DNA of 64,000 bases, from the NCBI GenBank assembly GCA_002269645.1, contig NIVC01001837.1:62001-126000 (forward strand), given 5' to 3'. Below the pieces are notes generated by a model, which was not told the origin of the DNA, ran no database searches, and saw only the letters and a list, made by a program, of their open reading frames with translations. Origin of the DNA: Macrostomum lignano. Lineage: Eukaryota. Made by a program: the position numbers and the translations under genes. Below are positions 22,711 to 35,349 of this stretch, one piece after another (positions within the stretch are counted from its first letter, which is position 1; each line of letters opens with the position of its first letter).

Positions 22711-23694
22711 TCAGACAGTGGTCAGTTCAACAGTGTCGCTGCTGACGGCGGCGGTTGTGGCGGCAGCGGTGGCGGTGCCAGCGTCGTTGCTCTGCTGTCG
22801 GTGTCGTCGGCGCTTGTGCCGGTCGGCAACAGGCGCCAGTCGCCGGCACGCCTGCCAGGCGTCGGACTGGCCGGCCGCAACCAGCAGGCGGCGCAGTTCG
22901 CCAACTGTGGCGGCGGCGGCGGCGACGGATTCGGAGTAGCGACGCAGGAGGAGGCCGGCGGGGCTGGTGGAGTCAGCTCGGGCGCGGGACTCCAGCTCGG
23001 AGACGGCGTCAGCGTTGTTGCCTGAAGAGAGGTGGGTAGCGATGTATTTTATTGCGCTAGTGGGCAAACTACTCTACTGATAGTAGGAAGGGCCGCAAAT
23101 GCAATTATGATGCTTTCCATAGTATAGATAAAACTGAGCTGCAGTCCCTGCACTGCCCTGAGCTGCAGTCCCTGCACTGCCTGAGCTGCAGTCCCTGCAC
23201 TGCCTGAGCTGCAGTCCCTGCACTGCCTGAGCTGCAGTCCCTGCAGTGCCCTGTGCTGCAGTCCCAAAGACCGCCAGACTCACCCATCTCAGCTGCCAGA
23301 GCTTTCCAACCATTTCGACAGTCCAGCGCCAGCTCCAGACACCTCAGTCGCGAGTCGGGCAAGTCAGCCAGCGGCAGCGCATCGTCTGGAAAGTCGTCTT
23401 TGGCTTCGAAGTCGGGGACAGCAGCCTCGGTCAGCGGAGCGGTGACGTCGGCTGTGTGCGGCGAGTGCGACGGCGGCTGCAGCTTCGAGTCGCGGCCGCG
23501 GCTGCGCGCGTGCTTGAGCACAACCCAGAGCACCAGGCCGCAGATGAGGGCGCCAAGGAGGCCGCAGTACAGCGGGATCAGGTTGTTGGCGCCCGCGTTG
23601 GGCGCTCTGGACGGAAGAGGCTGCGCCAGCGGCTCTGTGTGATGGGGAACGGGGAGGGAACTGGCGTTGATAGATGCTGTCTCATTGGGGAGAT
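22711..23694 (-). CDS. p75NTR/TNFRSF16 (NGFR/NRADD)-like receptor: stalk, transmembrane helix and death domain (last two exons)
   Basis: Exon 23694-23284: P/S/T-rich stalk, NNLIPLYCGLLGALICGLVLWVVLK (cf. p75 DNLIPVYCSILAAVVVGLVAYIAFK), then LDCRNGWKALAAEMG. Exon 23021-22711: NNADAVSELE...SPAGLLLRRY...ATVGELRRLLVAAGQSDAWQAC (death-domain pattern). Phase-1 GT-AG join is consistent. Confidence 0.8.
23135..23265. repeat. 23-bp minisatellite (CTGAGCTGCAGTCCCTGCACTGC) in the death-domain intron
   Basis: 5-6 copies visible. Confidence 0.9.
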
Positions 23695-24419
23695 CTGGGA
23701 GAGTGGTTGGGGAAAGAAAAAGAAAAATTAGGCCAAAATCCACGCCTCATGAAAGCCAACCCCTAAACTGATTGACTGACTACAAGACTGATTACAAAGG
23801 CTTACAGATTACAGTTCTCTGTACAGAGTACAGTTTACAAAGTTGTCAAATGCACTCAGTGTCTGAGTTTTATCAACTGCCGATTCCACAGCCCTAAGGT
23901 CTTAGCGACAGACCGTCAACCTGGAGGAAAAAATGGACAGTTCAGAACACCTAGCAAAACAAGCATGGAGTTATCTAACTCATATTTCATAATCAACGGT
24001 TTCGATGACAGCACAGAATTCACGTAGAAGATTGAAAGCAACCCAAACAGACGGAACCCAGGCTCCTTATCGCGCCTCATCAATCAGTAGCTACCGGAGC
24101 GGCCCCCGGGATTCTCGGTGGGACAACAAATCGCTGCCTGTTACGCAATCGCATCGCGACTGACTCGGATGAACGCGAAACACCAGGCGCAGACAGTCGC
24201 AATATAGAAGTCAGCCACGAGTATACAAGCTACAGATAAGGAATCTGTTTGACTATCTCTTAGGACAAGGAAACAATTCACTTCAAGGAACAACCAACTC
24301 TTAGCCAAACCCACACTGCATACACAATGAGGCCGACTGCAGGTTTTCAGTTTCAGATTGGGGAGTTTTTCTGCGTCATGTTTTGCATTTGTAGAATAGC
24401 TAGCTTCTGAGTCTCAGTC

Positions 24420-24775
24420 CTCTCTTTTGAGTCTACTGTCTACTCTTTTGAGTCTACTGTCTACTCTTTTGATTCTACTGTCCTCTCTTCTGACTCTACT
24501 GTCCTCTCTTTTGAGTCTACTGTCTACTCTTTTGAGTCTACTGTCTACTCTTTTGAGTCTACTGTCCTCTCTTCTGACTCTACTGTCCTCTCTTCTGACT
24601 CTACTGTCCTCTCTTCTGACTCTACTGTCCTCTCTTCTGACTCTACTGTCCTCTCTTCTGAGTCTACTGTCCTCTCTTCTGACTCTACTGTCCTCTCTTT
24701 TGAGTCTACTGTCCTCTCTTCTGAGTCTTCTGTCCTCTCTTTTGAGTCTACTGTCCTCTTCTCTGAGTCTACTGT
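24420..24775. repeat. 21-bp minisatellite (CTACTGTCCTCTCTTCTGACT) ~17 copies
   Basis: Directly visible. Confidence 0.92.
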
Positions 24776-25369
24776 CTCCCCTCTCCGCTTTCCTACCTCA
24801 CTCCGCTAAAAGCGACACGTCGCGACCAAAAAGCCAGGGAACCCGGAGCATTTGGCCGGCACTGCAGCACAAAGCAAGCATCGAAAGCCATTCAGCAAAG
24901 AGATCGTGAGCGGGTTTGGCTGTTGCCTCAGGCATTCTTGTTGCCATAGTGGGGTCAGCCGAGGCTAACTGAAGCTACTGAACGATAAATCAGTGACCAG
25001 CCTTTGGCAGGCGGGCGGGCGGGCAGCACTGCAGCGGCCCATCTGCTGCAAGTCCTGCAGGGTCCGCCGTTTCTGTCCGAACTGAATATTCATTTCCTTT
25101 TAGCCCGCACCGCCATCCGCGCGCCTGACGCAAGGGCCCAGCCCAGCCCAGCCGGCTAAGACTGATGACGACGCCCAGAGGCTGGGCGACCAGGTTCTCC
25201 GATTGGGGATCGGAGGGCAACGGTGCATGGGCCGAGCTGGCTAGAGGCATGCGTGTGAAGCATTTCTGGAAAATGCAAAGCTGTTTAAGTACGCATGTAC
25301 TTTAATAAAAAATAAGCTCAAATAGTTGCACGCAGCATCAAAGGGACTTCCGGGATTCTCCGTAGCGCT

Positions 25370-25560
25370 TTTAAGGGATTTCAGGGGGTTCGCTCAGGGA
25401 CTTCGATGATTCTTCAAGGGGATTTCAGGGGATTCCTTCGGGGACTTCAGACATTATTCAAGGGGATTTCAGGGGATTCCTTCGGGGACTTCAGACATTA
25501 TTCAAGGGGATTTCAGGGGCTTCTCTGAGGGACTTCAGGGATTCTTCAAGGGGATTTCAC
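25370..25560. repeat. ~44-bp tandem repeat (TCAAGGGGATTTCAGGGG...) ~4 copies
   Basis: Directly visible. Confidence 0.85.
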
Positions 25561-27240
25561 CTTTAGTCTTTTGGGGATTCGGAATCAGGATTTGCAAGCT
25601 TGCTGCAATTCTGGACTCTGGATTAAAGGCAAGAAAAATCAGGGCCATAAACGGCAGCATCCCCCAGCAGAATGATTTGTTGCACCTGCCAGAAGTCCCC
25701 CCCACCCCGAGTAGCGCCATCCCAACTTTGATAAATAACAATAGCGGGCAATAACCTTCCTATGGTCTATGCTTGCGAACTGCTTAGCCATATATTAGCA
25801 TGCAGGCAACCCCCGGCCAGCGAACACCTTTTAAATTAGGCGGAGTGTAGTTGGAGTGGAGCGGGCGTATGTCGGTGTGTGTGTGTGTGTGTGGTTAAGA
25901 CCCAACCCGCACCCAGCGCCCGAACACAGTCAGAAATATATGGGGCTTGCGCAAGCGCGGTCCCTTTGTGGCGCCGCCCGCCGCTGCGCGGCTAAAGGGC
26001 TGATGGGGTTGGCGGCCGCCTCTGTGAGTCAAAAATAAGAGAGGCCAGCACCAGCCGCCCCAGGATTTTACAACCCGAAAAAAGTTTTTATTGCCAATCC
26101 TCCGTCCCGTTGGCCTGGGCTATCCAGAAAAATTAAGCAGCGAGTGAGAGAGAGATCAAAGGGGCCGCTAAAGAGAGAGCAGCCTTATTTAAAATGAACC
26201 AGACTGTGACTGTCTGTCTACCTGGGCCCGCGCCTCCCCAAGATCATATTAGCATTTTTTATCGTGATTTACTGCCACCTTGCGGCCTAGACTGGCTGGG
26301 AGGGAGAGAGAGAGTTTAGCATTCACTAGCTGCTATTATAGAACTGTTACAATCGCAGAACTGCAGGAAATTAACGGCGAAAATGGTATTAAAAATGAAT
26401 CAATTGGATATCATTTTTACCGATGAAGTTTTTAATAACAGAATTTTTTATTTATTATCCCCGGGGGAGGCAAACTGTCTGGGACTGACGGGCCCAGATT
26501 GGGGACACGGGAAGGGCCCAGATGTGGGACGGCGCTCGTCAACTCAGCTATTTTATATAAGTAGTCGCAGAGAGCCAATTAATTCTTTCAAAGCTTTCGT
26601 TTTCTGACGCAGAACAGCCTCTTGGAGGATGGAGAGGATGGCTGGGAATCTGGAGCAGTAAAAAGAAAGATGGAGAGAAAGACGAGACGAGAACAGGGGT
26701 AGAATGGCTGGTATATAGTGTTTCTAGGACCTACGAACTCTCGTAATTCTAAACAGAGGGGCGGGTTCCTCCCCAGCTAATGGCTCTACACTTTGATGAC
26801 GCCCCGGAAACTGCGCAACCGCCTCGTTTGTCAAGTGGAAAATTGAATGGTTTGCATTCTTAAAATACTCGTAATGCGAAATCAAGGGCAAGGCTGCTAA
26901 TCTGCTATGCTGTTAATGTAACTGTAGCTTGTGACACGATGTGGTGCACTTGCAGCCTATATGGGCCTTGATTTTCGTTGATTATTACATTCAATTTAAA
27001 TTCGTGCCAAAACGGACATCGTTAAAATCGTTCCGGTTATTCCCCAAAATACAATTAGGCTTAAGAGTAAGTGAATACTTTCAGGACTTCATAAATTAAA
27101 ATGTGTTTACTGTTTAAAGTTAGTTTTCAAGGCGTTCAATGATGATTAAAAAGTTAGTTTTTGGCGCGAATTTGAATTAAACAATCAAAACCATAAAGCA
27201 CTCTGTGACGTCAAAACGGCACAGCTATATAAACACGAAC

Positions 27241-27424
27241 CTTCAGTCGAGACAGCGGCGGTGAAGTTCTTCAGTCGATCTTGCACCAGGCCGTTGTCAA
27301 TCAGCACCTTCCAGTCCATCAGCGAGGAGCCGCCGCCGCCGCCGCCAGCATCAACCGATGACGCCTCGGACGAAGCAGCTGCACCGGCACTGCGTTCGCT
27401 GACTGATGCCGCTGCTGGTGGCAT
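27241..27424 (-). CDS. Candidate upstream exon of the p75-like gene
   Basis: GC-rich ORF MPPAAAS...SLMDWKVLIDNGLVQDRLKNFTAAVSTE ending at GAAG|GTTCGT, phase 1, compatible with the phase-1 acceptor at 23694. The linkage is unproven. Confidence 0.35.
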
Positions 27425-28034
27425 GGACGATCTGTCGCGAGCGTGGAATAATCTTCGAAATCTTGGTTGGGATTAATTGGTTCCTTGCAGAGTCTGTGTG
27501 GGCAATGGCTCTGTTGCTAGTGTCGGCTTTTTAAAAGCTTTTTTCTGGCCAATGACAGAAGAGCACTGACTAGTGACTTGCAGCTTTTGCCCCGACCATG
27601 GACCGCTAAAGAACTGGATTGGATATAGCCGAGAATCTTCCGTCTTCACACAGATTGCTGAATATTAGGAGCGCTGCGCAAATTCATTATACTTCTTAAT
27701 CTTGATGGATTTCAAGTAACGATATTCACACAGTAAAATTATATTAGCAAAATCAGTGAAGAGCTGAAGAACTCTGCAGGCTGAACGATTTTTCCTATCT
27801 CTGTATATTAGGCGCACGGGTCCGCTTCCAGTCCAGACATCTATAGAGGTCTCTGGCCCGACGGTGCAGGAAATGAAAATTCCCTTGTTAGCCAATGGCG
27901 AGCGAGCAGTTGGACAGCCTTCTGACAAACTTGGGAGACTATAAAACCAATAATTGTATTATAGATCCATTCGAAAACCGCATCATAAGTCTCAATAAAA
28001 TTACGATGTAACATGATACAGCTACTGAGCGTCT

Positions 28035-28555
28035 TTGGCGCCGAACTCGGCTCTGTTTGGAGCGCTATAAAATAAGTGTCATTGGCGCCGAACTCGGCTC
28101 TGTTTGGAGCGCTATAAAATAGGTGTCATTTGGCGCCGAACTCGGCTCTGTTTGGAGCGCTATAAAATAAGTGTCATTGGCGCCGAACTCGGCTCTGTTT
28201 GGAGCGCTATAAAATGGATGTCATTTGGCGCCGAACTCGGCTCTGTTTGGAGCGCTATAAAATAAGTGTCATTGGCGCCGAACTCGGCTCTGTTTGGAGC
28301 GCTATAAAATAGGTGTCATTTGGCGCCGAACTCGGCTCTGTTTGGAGCGCTATAAAATAGGTGTCATTTGGCGCCGAACTCGGCTCTGTTTGGAGCGCTA
28401 TAAAATAAGTGTCATTGGCGCCGAACTCGGCTCTGTTAGGAGCGCTATAAAATGGATGTCATTAGCGCCGAACTCGGCTCTGTTAGCTCGTAGGAGCGCT
28501 ATAAAATAGGTGTCATTAGCGCCGAACTCGGCTCTGTTAGCTCGTAGGAGCGCTA
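28035..28555. repeat. 47/48-bp minisatellite (GGCGCCGAACTCGGCTCTGTTTGGAGCGCTATAAAATAAGTGTCATT) ~11 copies
   Basis: Directly visible. Confidence 0.95.
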
Positions 28556-29189
28556 GAATCCTTTATTTGTTTTGTCAAAGCCAAAAAATAAAAAAGTCAA
28601 AATCGCAAACATAATTAGGTGGGAGGGGGTTTAAAGAGCTCACAGCTCGGCACCAACTCAATTCGAATCGAATAGAAGAGGGTCGTGACTATCAATACAT
28701 TTTAGTCAGTTTTATGACCCAGCCAGCCGGTTCAAAGCAGCTTGGGCGCGCAAGTGTACACAGCAATTTATCAGTACCCTTTTGCCCCAGGCCTATATAC
28801 GAGTGAGCACGACATGGGTTAACAGCCAGCGGTGTAGCTACGAGAGGCCAAGTATAGAACAGCCGGCCTTTTGAGTCACTCATCAGCTTTTTGATCTTAC
28901 CGCCCAAGATAAGAGGGAGAGGCGGGGGCGGAGTAGTATAGGGGTGGCGGTTTTTGTTTGAGCGCCCACTGCACAGCTATGGCGGCGGCTACCATGAAGC
29001 TGTGTGAGCAATGTTATAAGGATTTTCGGTCAATATTAATAATGAGGAGGATAATTATATCGAATGAGCCTGTCCAGAGACTCACAAATTCAGGATAAAC
29101 AGCAGAGCAGACTCCTTCCGGTTTAACAGTAAGCACCCAAGGCCGATTCTATGATGGTAGCTCTTGCATTCCATGTAACAATGGGCCGA

Positions 29190-29670
29190 AGTGCCAACAT
29201 CGTGGGGAGTCAGAGAGCGCCAACATCTCACGAAGTATCAGGATTAAGAAACGCCAACATCCTGGAGTGTCAGGGGCGCCAAAATCTTGGAGAGTCAGGA
29301 GGCGTCAACATCATGGTGTTAGGGGGCACCAAAATCTTGGAGAGTCAGTAGGCACCAAAATCTTGGAGAGTCAGGAGGCGCCAACATCATGGTGTTAGGG
29401 GGCGCCAAAATCTTGGAGAGTCAGTAGGCACCAAAATCTTGGAGAGTCAGGAGGCGTCAACATCATGGTGTTAGGGGGCACCAAAATCTTGGAGAGTCAG
29501 TAGGCACCAAAATCTTGGAGAGTCAGGAGGCGCCAACATCATGGTGTTAGGGGGCGCCAAAATCTTGGAGAGTCAGGAGGCGCCAACATCACAGTGTCAG
29601 GGGGCGCCGAAAACATGACGTGTCAGGAGGCGCCAACATCATGGTGAGTCAGGAGGCGCCAACATCGCGG
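29190..29670. repeat. Compound 24-26-bp minisatellite (GGCGCCAACATCATGGTGTTAGGG / GGCACCAAAATCTTGGAGAGTCAG)
   Basis: Alternating related subunits visible. Confidence 0.9.
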
Positions 29671-30079
29671 AGTGTCAGGGTGGGCCAGCATGCATTATTT
29701 ACGACATTTTCGCCACTTTAATAACGGCGGTGCACCCGATTTCGGACAGCACGGCCTCAAACGCAATTTAACTGTCTCATATTACCTCCAATTGAAGAGT
29801 GAATTTAGTAGTACAATCCAGTCCAACCAAGTATTTATTAATTATGAACAGGCAACCAGGATCTTAGCATCCGAGAAAAGGTACTCGTACATATCAGGGG
29901 ACAAGTTTATTTGTTTACAAATTAAAACCAAATTGAAACGAGCAAAGAAATGCAAATTTATAGAAGACATCAGCATCGTTTTACAAAAATACCATTTTAC
30001 CAACTTAGCTACTTAAAAGTAGCGTAGTAAGACTTTTTGAAAAATTGCTGCTATTTTGACTTAAAAAATTACTTATTCT

Positions 30080-32330
30080 CTAATTAGAATGCGACTTGGT
30101 CACCATTGCAGCGGACAGCTCAGTCTGGAAGGTGTCCACTGTCGCTGCCGCCACCTCAGCAGCCAGCCGATCACGCTGGCGCCGGTTGCAGAACCAGGTG
30201 AGAACAACTGGCTTAGGCAGGCCGAGGCGGCTGCTCAAAGCCGCCGAATCGGCTTTTGACAGATGCGGCGTGTGCAAATAGTGGCGCTCGAGCTGCGCCA
30301 ACTGGGCGCCAGACGGCTGGCAGCGGGGGCGCCGGGCGCGCCGCTGTCGGATCAGCCGAGTCGGCGGCCCGACGGTGCCAGTCTCAGCTGCGCTGGCCGC
30401 GGCGGCTACGATGGAGTCGGCGGCCTCGGGACCGAGCAGCTCGCGAGCCTCGAGGTCGGCCAGCCAGCGGCGCAGCAGCGGCCAGACGTCGGTCATGTTG
30501 TCCAGACTGAGGTCGGCCAGCTCAAAGCGGCTGAGCATGCCCTGGCTGATTGTGCACTTGTACAGCCGCTCCATTGCCAGACAGGCGTCCAGCTGCGAGT
30601 AGCCCAGCTCCTCCCGGCGCCGGCGAAACCGCTGGGCAAAGGCGGCCAGCTCCGCCATGCTGGCGCCGGAAGGTCCGGCTGCGTCGGCGGCAGCGCTGGC
30701 AGCCGACTGCTGACGGGCCGCGTTGGCTGGCAACTCGGCGATGCTGGCGCTCATCGAAGGCGCCAATAACTTGGTGTCGGCAGCATCGGCCGCGGCTTCG
30801 GCGCCGGCCCGCGGCAACAGCAGGAACTGCTGCCTATCCGGCGGGTACTGGCGGCAGCTCAGGCTGGGCGGCTGCTCAACTGGCACGGCATTCATGCGGC
30901 CGTCAATCAGGCTCTGGGCCAGGTGCTCCACCTGACGCTGGGTTACTAAGCCGCATAGAGGCACAAGAATGTCTGGCCTGTTAAATATGATTGTGCGATG
31001 TCAGTAATGATGGCCTCTTAGTCTCGATGCCGTATACTCTGTTTGGGGGTGGGTGCCACTCTATTTGAGGCGTGGGTGCCACTCTATTTGAGGGGTGGGT
31101 GCCATTCTATTTGAGGGGTGGGTGCCATTCTATTTGAGGGGTGGGTGCCATTCTATTTGAGGGGTGGGTGCCATTCTATTTGAGGGGTGGGTGCCATTCT
31201 ATTTGAAAGGGTGGGTGCCACTCTATTTGAGGGTTGGGTGCCATTCTATTTGAGGGGTGGGTGCCATTCTATTTGAGGGGTGGGTGCCATTCTATTTGAA
31301 AGGGTGGGTGCCACTCTATTTGAGGGTTGGGTGCCATTCTATTTGAGGGGTGGGTGCCATTCTATTTGAGTGGTGGGTGCCATTCTATTTGAGGGGTGGG
31401 TGCCATTCTATTTGAGGGGTGGGTGCCATTCTTTTTGAGTGGTGGGTGCCATTCTATTTGAGTGGTGGGTGCCATTCTATTTGAGGGGTGGGTGCCATTC
31501 TATTTGAGTGGTGGGTGCCATTCTATTTGAGGGGTGGGTGCCATTCTATTTGAGTGGTGGGTGCCATTCTATTTGAGGGGTGGGTGCCATTCTATTTGAG
31601 TGGTGGGTGCCATTCTATTTGAGGGGTGGGTGCCATTCTATTTGAGTGGTGGGTGCCATTCTATTTGAGTGGTGGGTGCCATTCTATTTGAGTGGTGGGT
31701 GCCATTCTATTTGAGGGGTGGGTGCCACTCTATTTGAGGGGTGGGTGCCATTCTATTTGAGGGGTGGGTGCCATTCTATTTGAGGGGTGGGTGCCACTCT
31801 ATTTGAGGGGTGGGTGCCATTCTATTTGAGGGGTGGGTGCCATTCTATTTGAGGGGTGGGTGCCATTCTATTTGAGGGGTGGGTGCCATTCTATTTGAGT
31901 GGTGGGTGCCATTCTATTTGAGTGGTGGGTGCCATTCTATTTGAGGGGTGGGTGCCACTCTATTTGAGGGGTGGGTGCCATTCTATTTGAGGGGTGGGTG
32001 CCATTCTATTTCGGGGGGGGGGGGGCACCAGCGCTTTAAACAAGAGGTCTTCAAAGATGGTATCAAGGGGGTGCCATATGCTTTTGCCAGTCAATTGGGT
32101 GACCTGTACTGCGTGGTTTGGAACAAAAATCTGGCACAATCTCTCTATCAAAATTGCATAGACACTGGATTTTACCTGTAGGTTCGACCAGAGAAGCGCA
32201 GGCGCACTAGGGTAGCACCAGCTGCATCAGCCAGGCCAAACTGCTCATTTCTGGGCACCTGTGCCAGTCTGAAACTGGACAGAACTTCTGCTGTTGAATT
32301 TGACTTCCTTTTGCTGGATTTAGAGTCCAT
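30080..32330 (-). CDS. Divergent POU-class homeobox transcription factor (~350 aa)
   Basis: Main exon 30977-30080 has a POU-specific domain (ELAAFAQRFRRRREELGYSQ...LY...ISQGMLSRFE...LSLDNM...PLLRRWL) and a homeodomain ending VVLTWFCNRRQR. Candidate exon 1 (32330-32176, AG|GTAAAA, phase 2) joins the TTAACAG acceptor in frame; exon 1 is less certain than the domains. Confidence 0.85.
31040..32010. repeat. 23-bp G-rich minisatellite (GAGGGGTGGGTGCCATTCTATTT) ~42 copies
   Basis: Directly visible; lies in the predicted POU intron. Confidence 0.96.
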
Positions 32331-33178
32331 TGGATTGAAATAGCTGAGGATTGTGAAAGGGGAGACTCTGTTGATGTTTACCAAAAGTATATATTGCATA
32401 TAATATGTTTTCTAGTCATAATTTTACAAAATATTAGTCTTCAGTGATTTAATTTAACAGAAAAGCACAATAAAATAAGCCTGGGTTCTTAAGTATCAGA
32501 ATTGCAGAGCCATTTGGTATCAATTGAAAATTTCAAAATTAAATATAATGCTATGGCTCATATGGGGAAATTGCTGAGATTCCAAGAGTCAATTGGGAGT
32601 TGTTGATAGGCCAAGCACCAAAGGGAGGCTTTGATGTCAAAGCTCAAAGTGGTGCTAATATGTAAGGCTAGATAGCTAGCTTTAGCATAGATGCTTTTTG
32701 AATTAAACATATTTTTCTTCAGTATATTAATAATAGTGAATATAAAAACCCAATAGCTATATTTAGTTTATTCAAAAAAATATCTAGTTTATTCCTTTTT
32801 TGTTGTCTACCTAATGCAGAGGATAAAAAAAAATCATTTTTAAGTGTTAACACTGTATATTTTTAGTGCCAACTTGAAAAGAATTTAACTAAGAAAAAAT
32901 GCATATAATAACTTCATCTTGATAATTATATTAATAATTATAATAATTTTAAAATAGGGCTGAACCAACTACATATTGATTTCAGCAAAACTGGACTCAC
33001 AAAGCTACTACTAGTAATTTTGAACTTGTGCTTTAATATTTCTTTTGGTTTCTTATTAAAGATGTGATTGCCAGCCAACTTGGCTAATCTAGCTTGCAAC
33101 AATGTAAGTTGCAAAAGGAATAAACAAAGTTATATTTTTGTCAAAACAAAGTTTTATGGTTGCTATAATTTCAGAGGT

Positions 33179-33228
<50 letters not shown>

Positions 33229-33989
33229 TCTGATTAAAGACTATGTGATATTTGCCTGATTGATTCTTTTTATAGCTTTTTGAAGTATTATAGATTAAAT
33301 TAATAGTATTATAGGCCTATTTGATCTTTCCTAAAGCAATCTTATCACTGGTCTATTACCACTAAGTTATAATAAGGCTTTGCTCTGCTGTTCTTATAAA
33401 ATCCTACTGCTTGTGCTAAGTTGTTGCAAATGCATTTTCTATTATGAAATATCCTTTTAGTTTTATTCCTATTCTATCATTAAACTGCTTATTAAACTAA
33501 AAAGACTATTGTTGGTACAATTTACTATTAGTAGTGCTAGTGCCCAAGTGGCAAAACACTACTAACTGATTCTATTTTCCAAAATTATTTTACTAATGAT
33601 TGATAGGTAAATTGATAGGCTTCTTTTAAGGAATTACAGTCTATCACAACTTATTAATGCATTATGTTAATATGTCTAAGCAACACACATATATTTCTTA
33701 GGGATTCTCAAATTTTTACCTAGCACTAGGCAATCTACCTTTTATACTCTTTATATATGTTTTATTTATTAGACACTTATTTTATAGGCAAAATACCTTT
33801 TTTGACCAAAACAGTCTTTGCTTTGCAATCACTACTTTAATTGGCATATGTACTAGGGGTATTCTACTATACCCCTAGTACTCTAACCAAACCAAACCTA
33901 GTACTCTAATCTAACCAAAACCCTCTCAGATCCTACTGCTGCCACCAAGTTGTACTAGGGGTAGAGATTATAATAAGATAAGAGATTAC

Positions 33990-34125
33990 AAAGATAAGAG
34001 GGGAGATGAGAGACAGAGGGGGAGAGAAGTTAGTTAGTGAGGAGAGAGGAAAGGAAAGAGGAGAATGGAGAAGGGAGAGAGTAGAGGAGAAGAGAGAGAG
34101 AGAGAGAGAGAGAGGGGGAGAGAGA

Positions 34126-34161
<36 letters not shown>

Positions 34162-34450
34162 CAGCTGAGAGAAATAAGAAGAGAAAAAAGAGAAGAGAAA
34201 AGAAGAGAGATGAAAGATAAGAGAGTATACACAAGAGAGAAGAGAGGTGAGGTAAGAGATCACAGAAGAAAGGGAGAAAGGAGAGAGAAGAGAAGAGATA
34301 AGAGAGATGAAAGAGGAGAGATGAGGGAAGGTATGGGAGAAGAAGGGAGAGAGGTGAGAGGAAAAAGGAGAAAAGGTAAGAGGAGAGAGGAGAGGAAAGA
34401 CAAGGGACAAGAGAGAAAAGAGGAAACAGAAGAGAAGATAGAAGTTGCAA
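33990..34450. repeat. (GA)n / purine-rich low-complexity tract
   Basis: Pure AG runs at 34093-34157 with purine-rich flanks. A (TA)n run lies at about 33180-33225. Confidence 0.9.
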
Positions 34451-35349
34451 AGGATTCAAGGGACATAGGGAGAGTCAGAGGCAGAGGCCAGAGTTTGCCA
34501 ATACATGAAATCCTAATTTTATACAATTGTAGGCCTACTCCATTTTATGTTTACCTTATCCTACTAACTATTAACAAGTTTTTGTTTAAGTATGGTCCCA
34601 AATACAATAATACATGCAAAAACAGTTCCACAGATTAGAATTCCCCAGGTTCAAAATCCACAGGTTTCAACAGCTTGTAATATGCAAAAGTGTATAGTAG
34701 TAGTAATAATAGTAGTTAAGTTTGGCTCAGGCAAGAAGCCTGTTTGGCCAGTATACATTAGTATATTTAATAAAAAATTCAAGAGTAGAAAGAAAACCCT
34801 ATGTATAAGTACAAGTTTTGCAATAATAGAGTATTTGAAAAAGTGCCTAAATTTTTCTGAAACTTCAAACAAGCTTTAACAATTAACAAAGCAAAAAATA
34901 TTTAAGTAAGGAATTAAAAAACAAGTATTGTATGAACTTGATGTATAGCAATTCAATTGATCCTGTAGGTGATAAAAATGAGTATGTAGGTATTAATCAG
35001 ATAAAAACAATTTTTTATTAAGTATGGTATTTGAATGTGTCTGGGATTTTTTTGTAGTAAATGTGATAATTTTAAATACAAGCAATTTAGACAAAAAGCA
35101 ATCTAGTGTGGCCCCCTTCGGGGCGCCCAATAAGAACGAAGCAAAAATAGTTTATGGAAATCAATGAAAAAGCACATTTTCTTAAAAACTAAGTCCTTCA
35201 TCACTTTTAAAAATCACCTTATTCATTTAAAATTGTCATGGACAATAATATTTGCTATGAATCTCTTTTTTTCTAAAATTAACAAACAGACAAGAAAATA
35301 TAGCTTTCACAAAGATCACAGTCATTACCCCTAAATAGAAAATATTCCC

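Noticed and set aside
23890-24330. Possible degenerate LINE tail (R..P..RWD-like words)
   Set aside because: Too decayed to support by eye.
33933-34638. Glu/Arg-rich and Leu/Ser-rich ORFs
   Set aside because: GA microsatellite translations.
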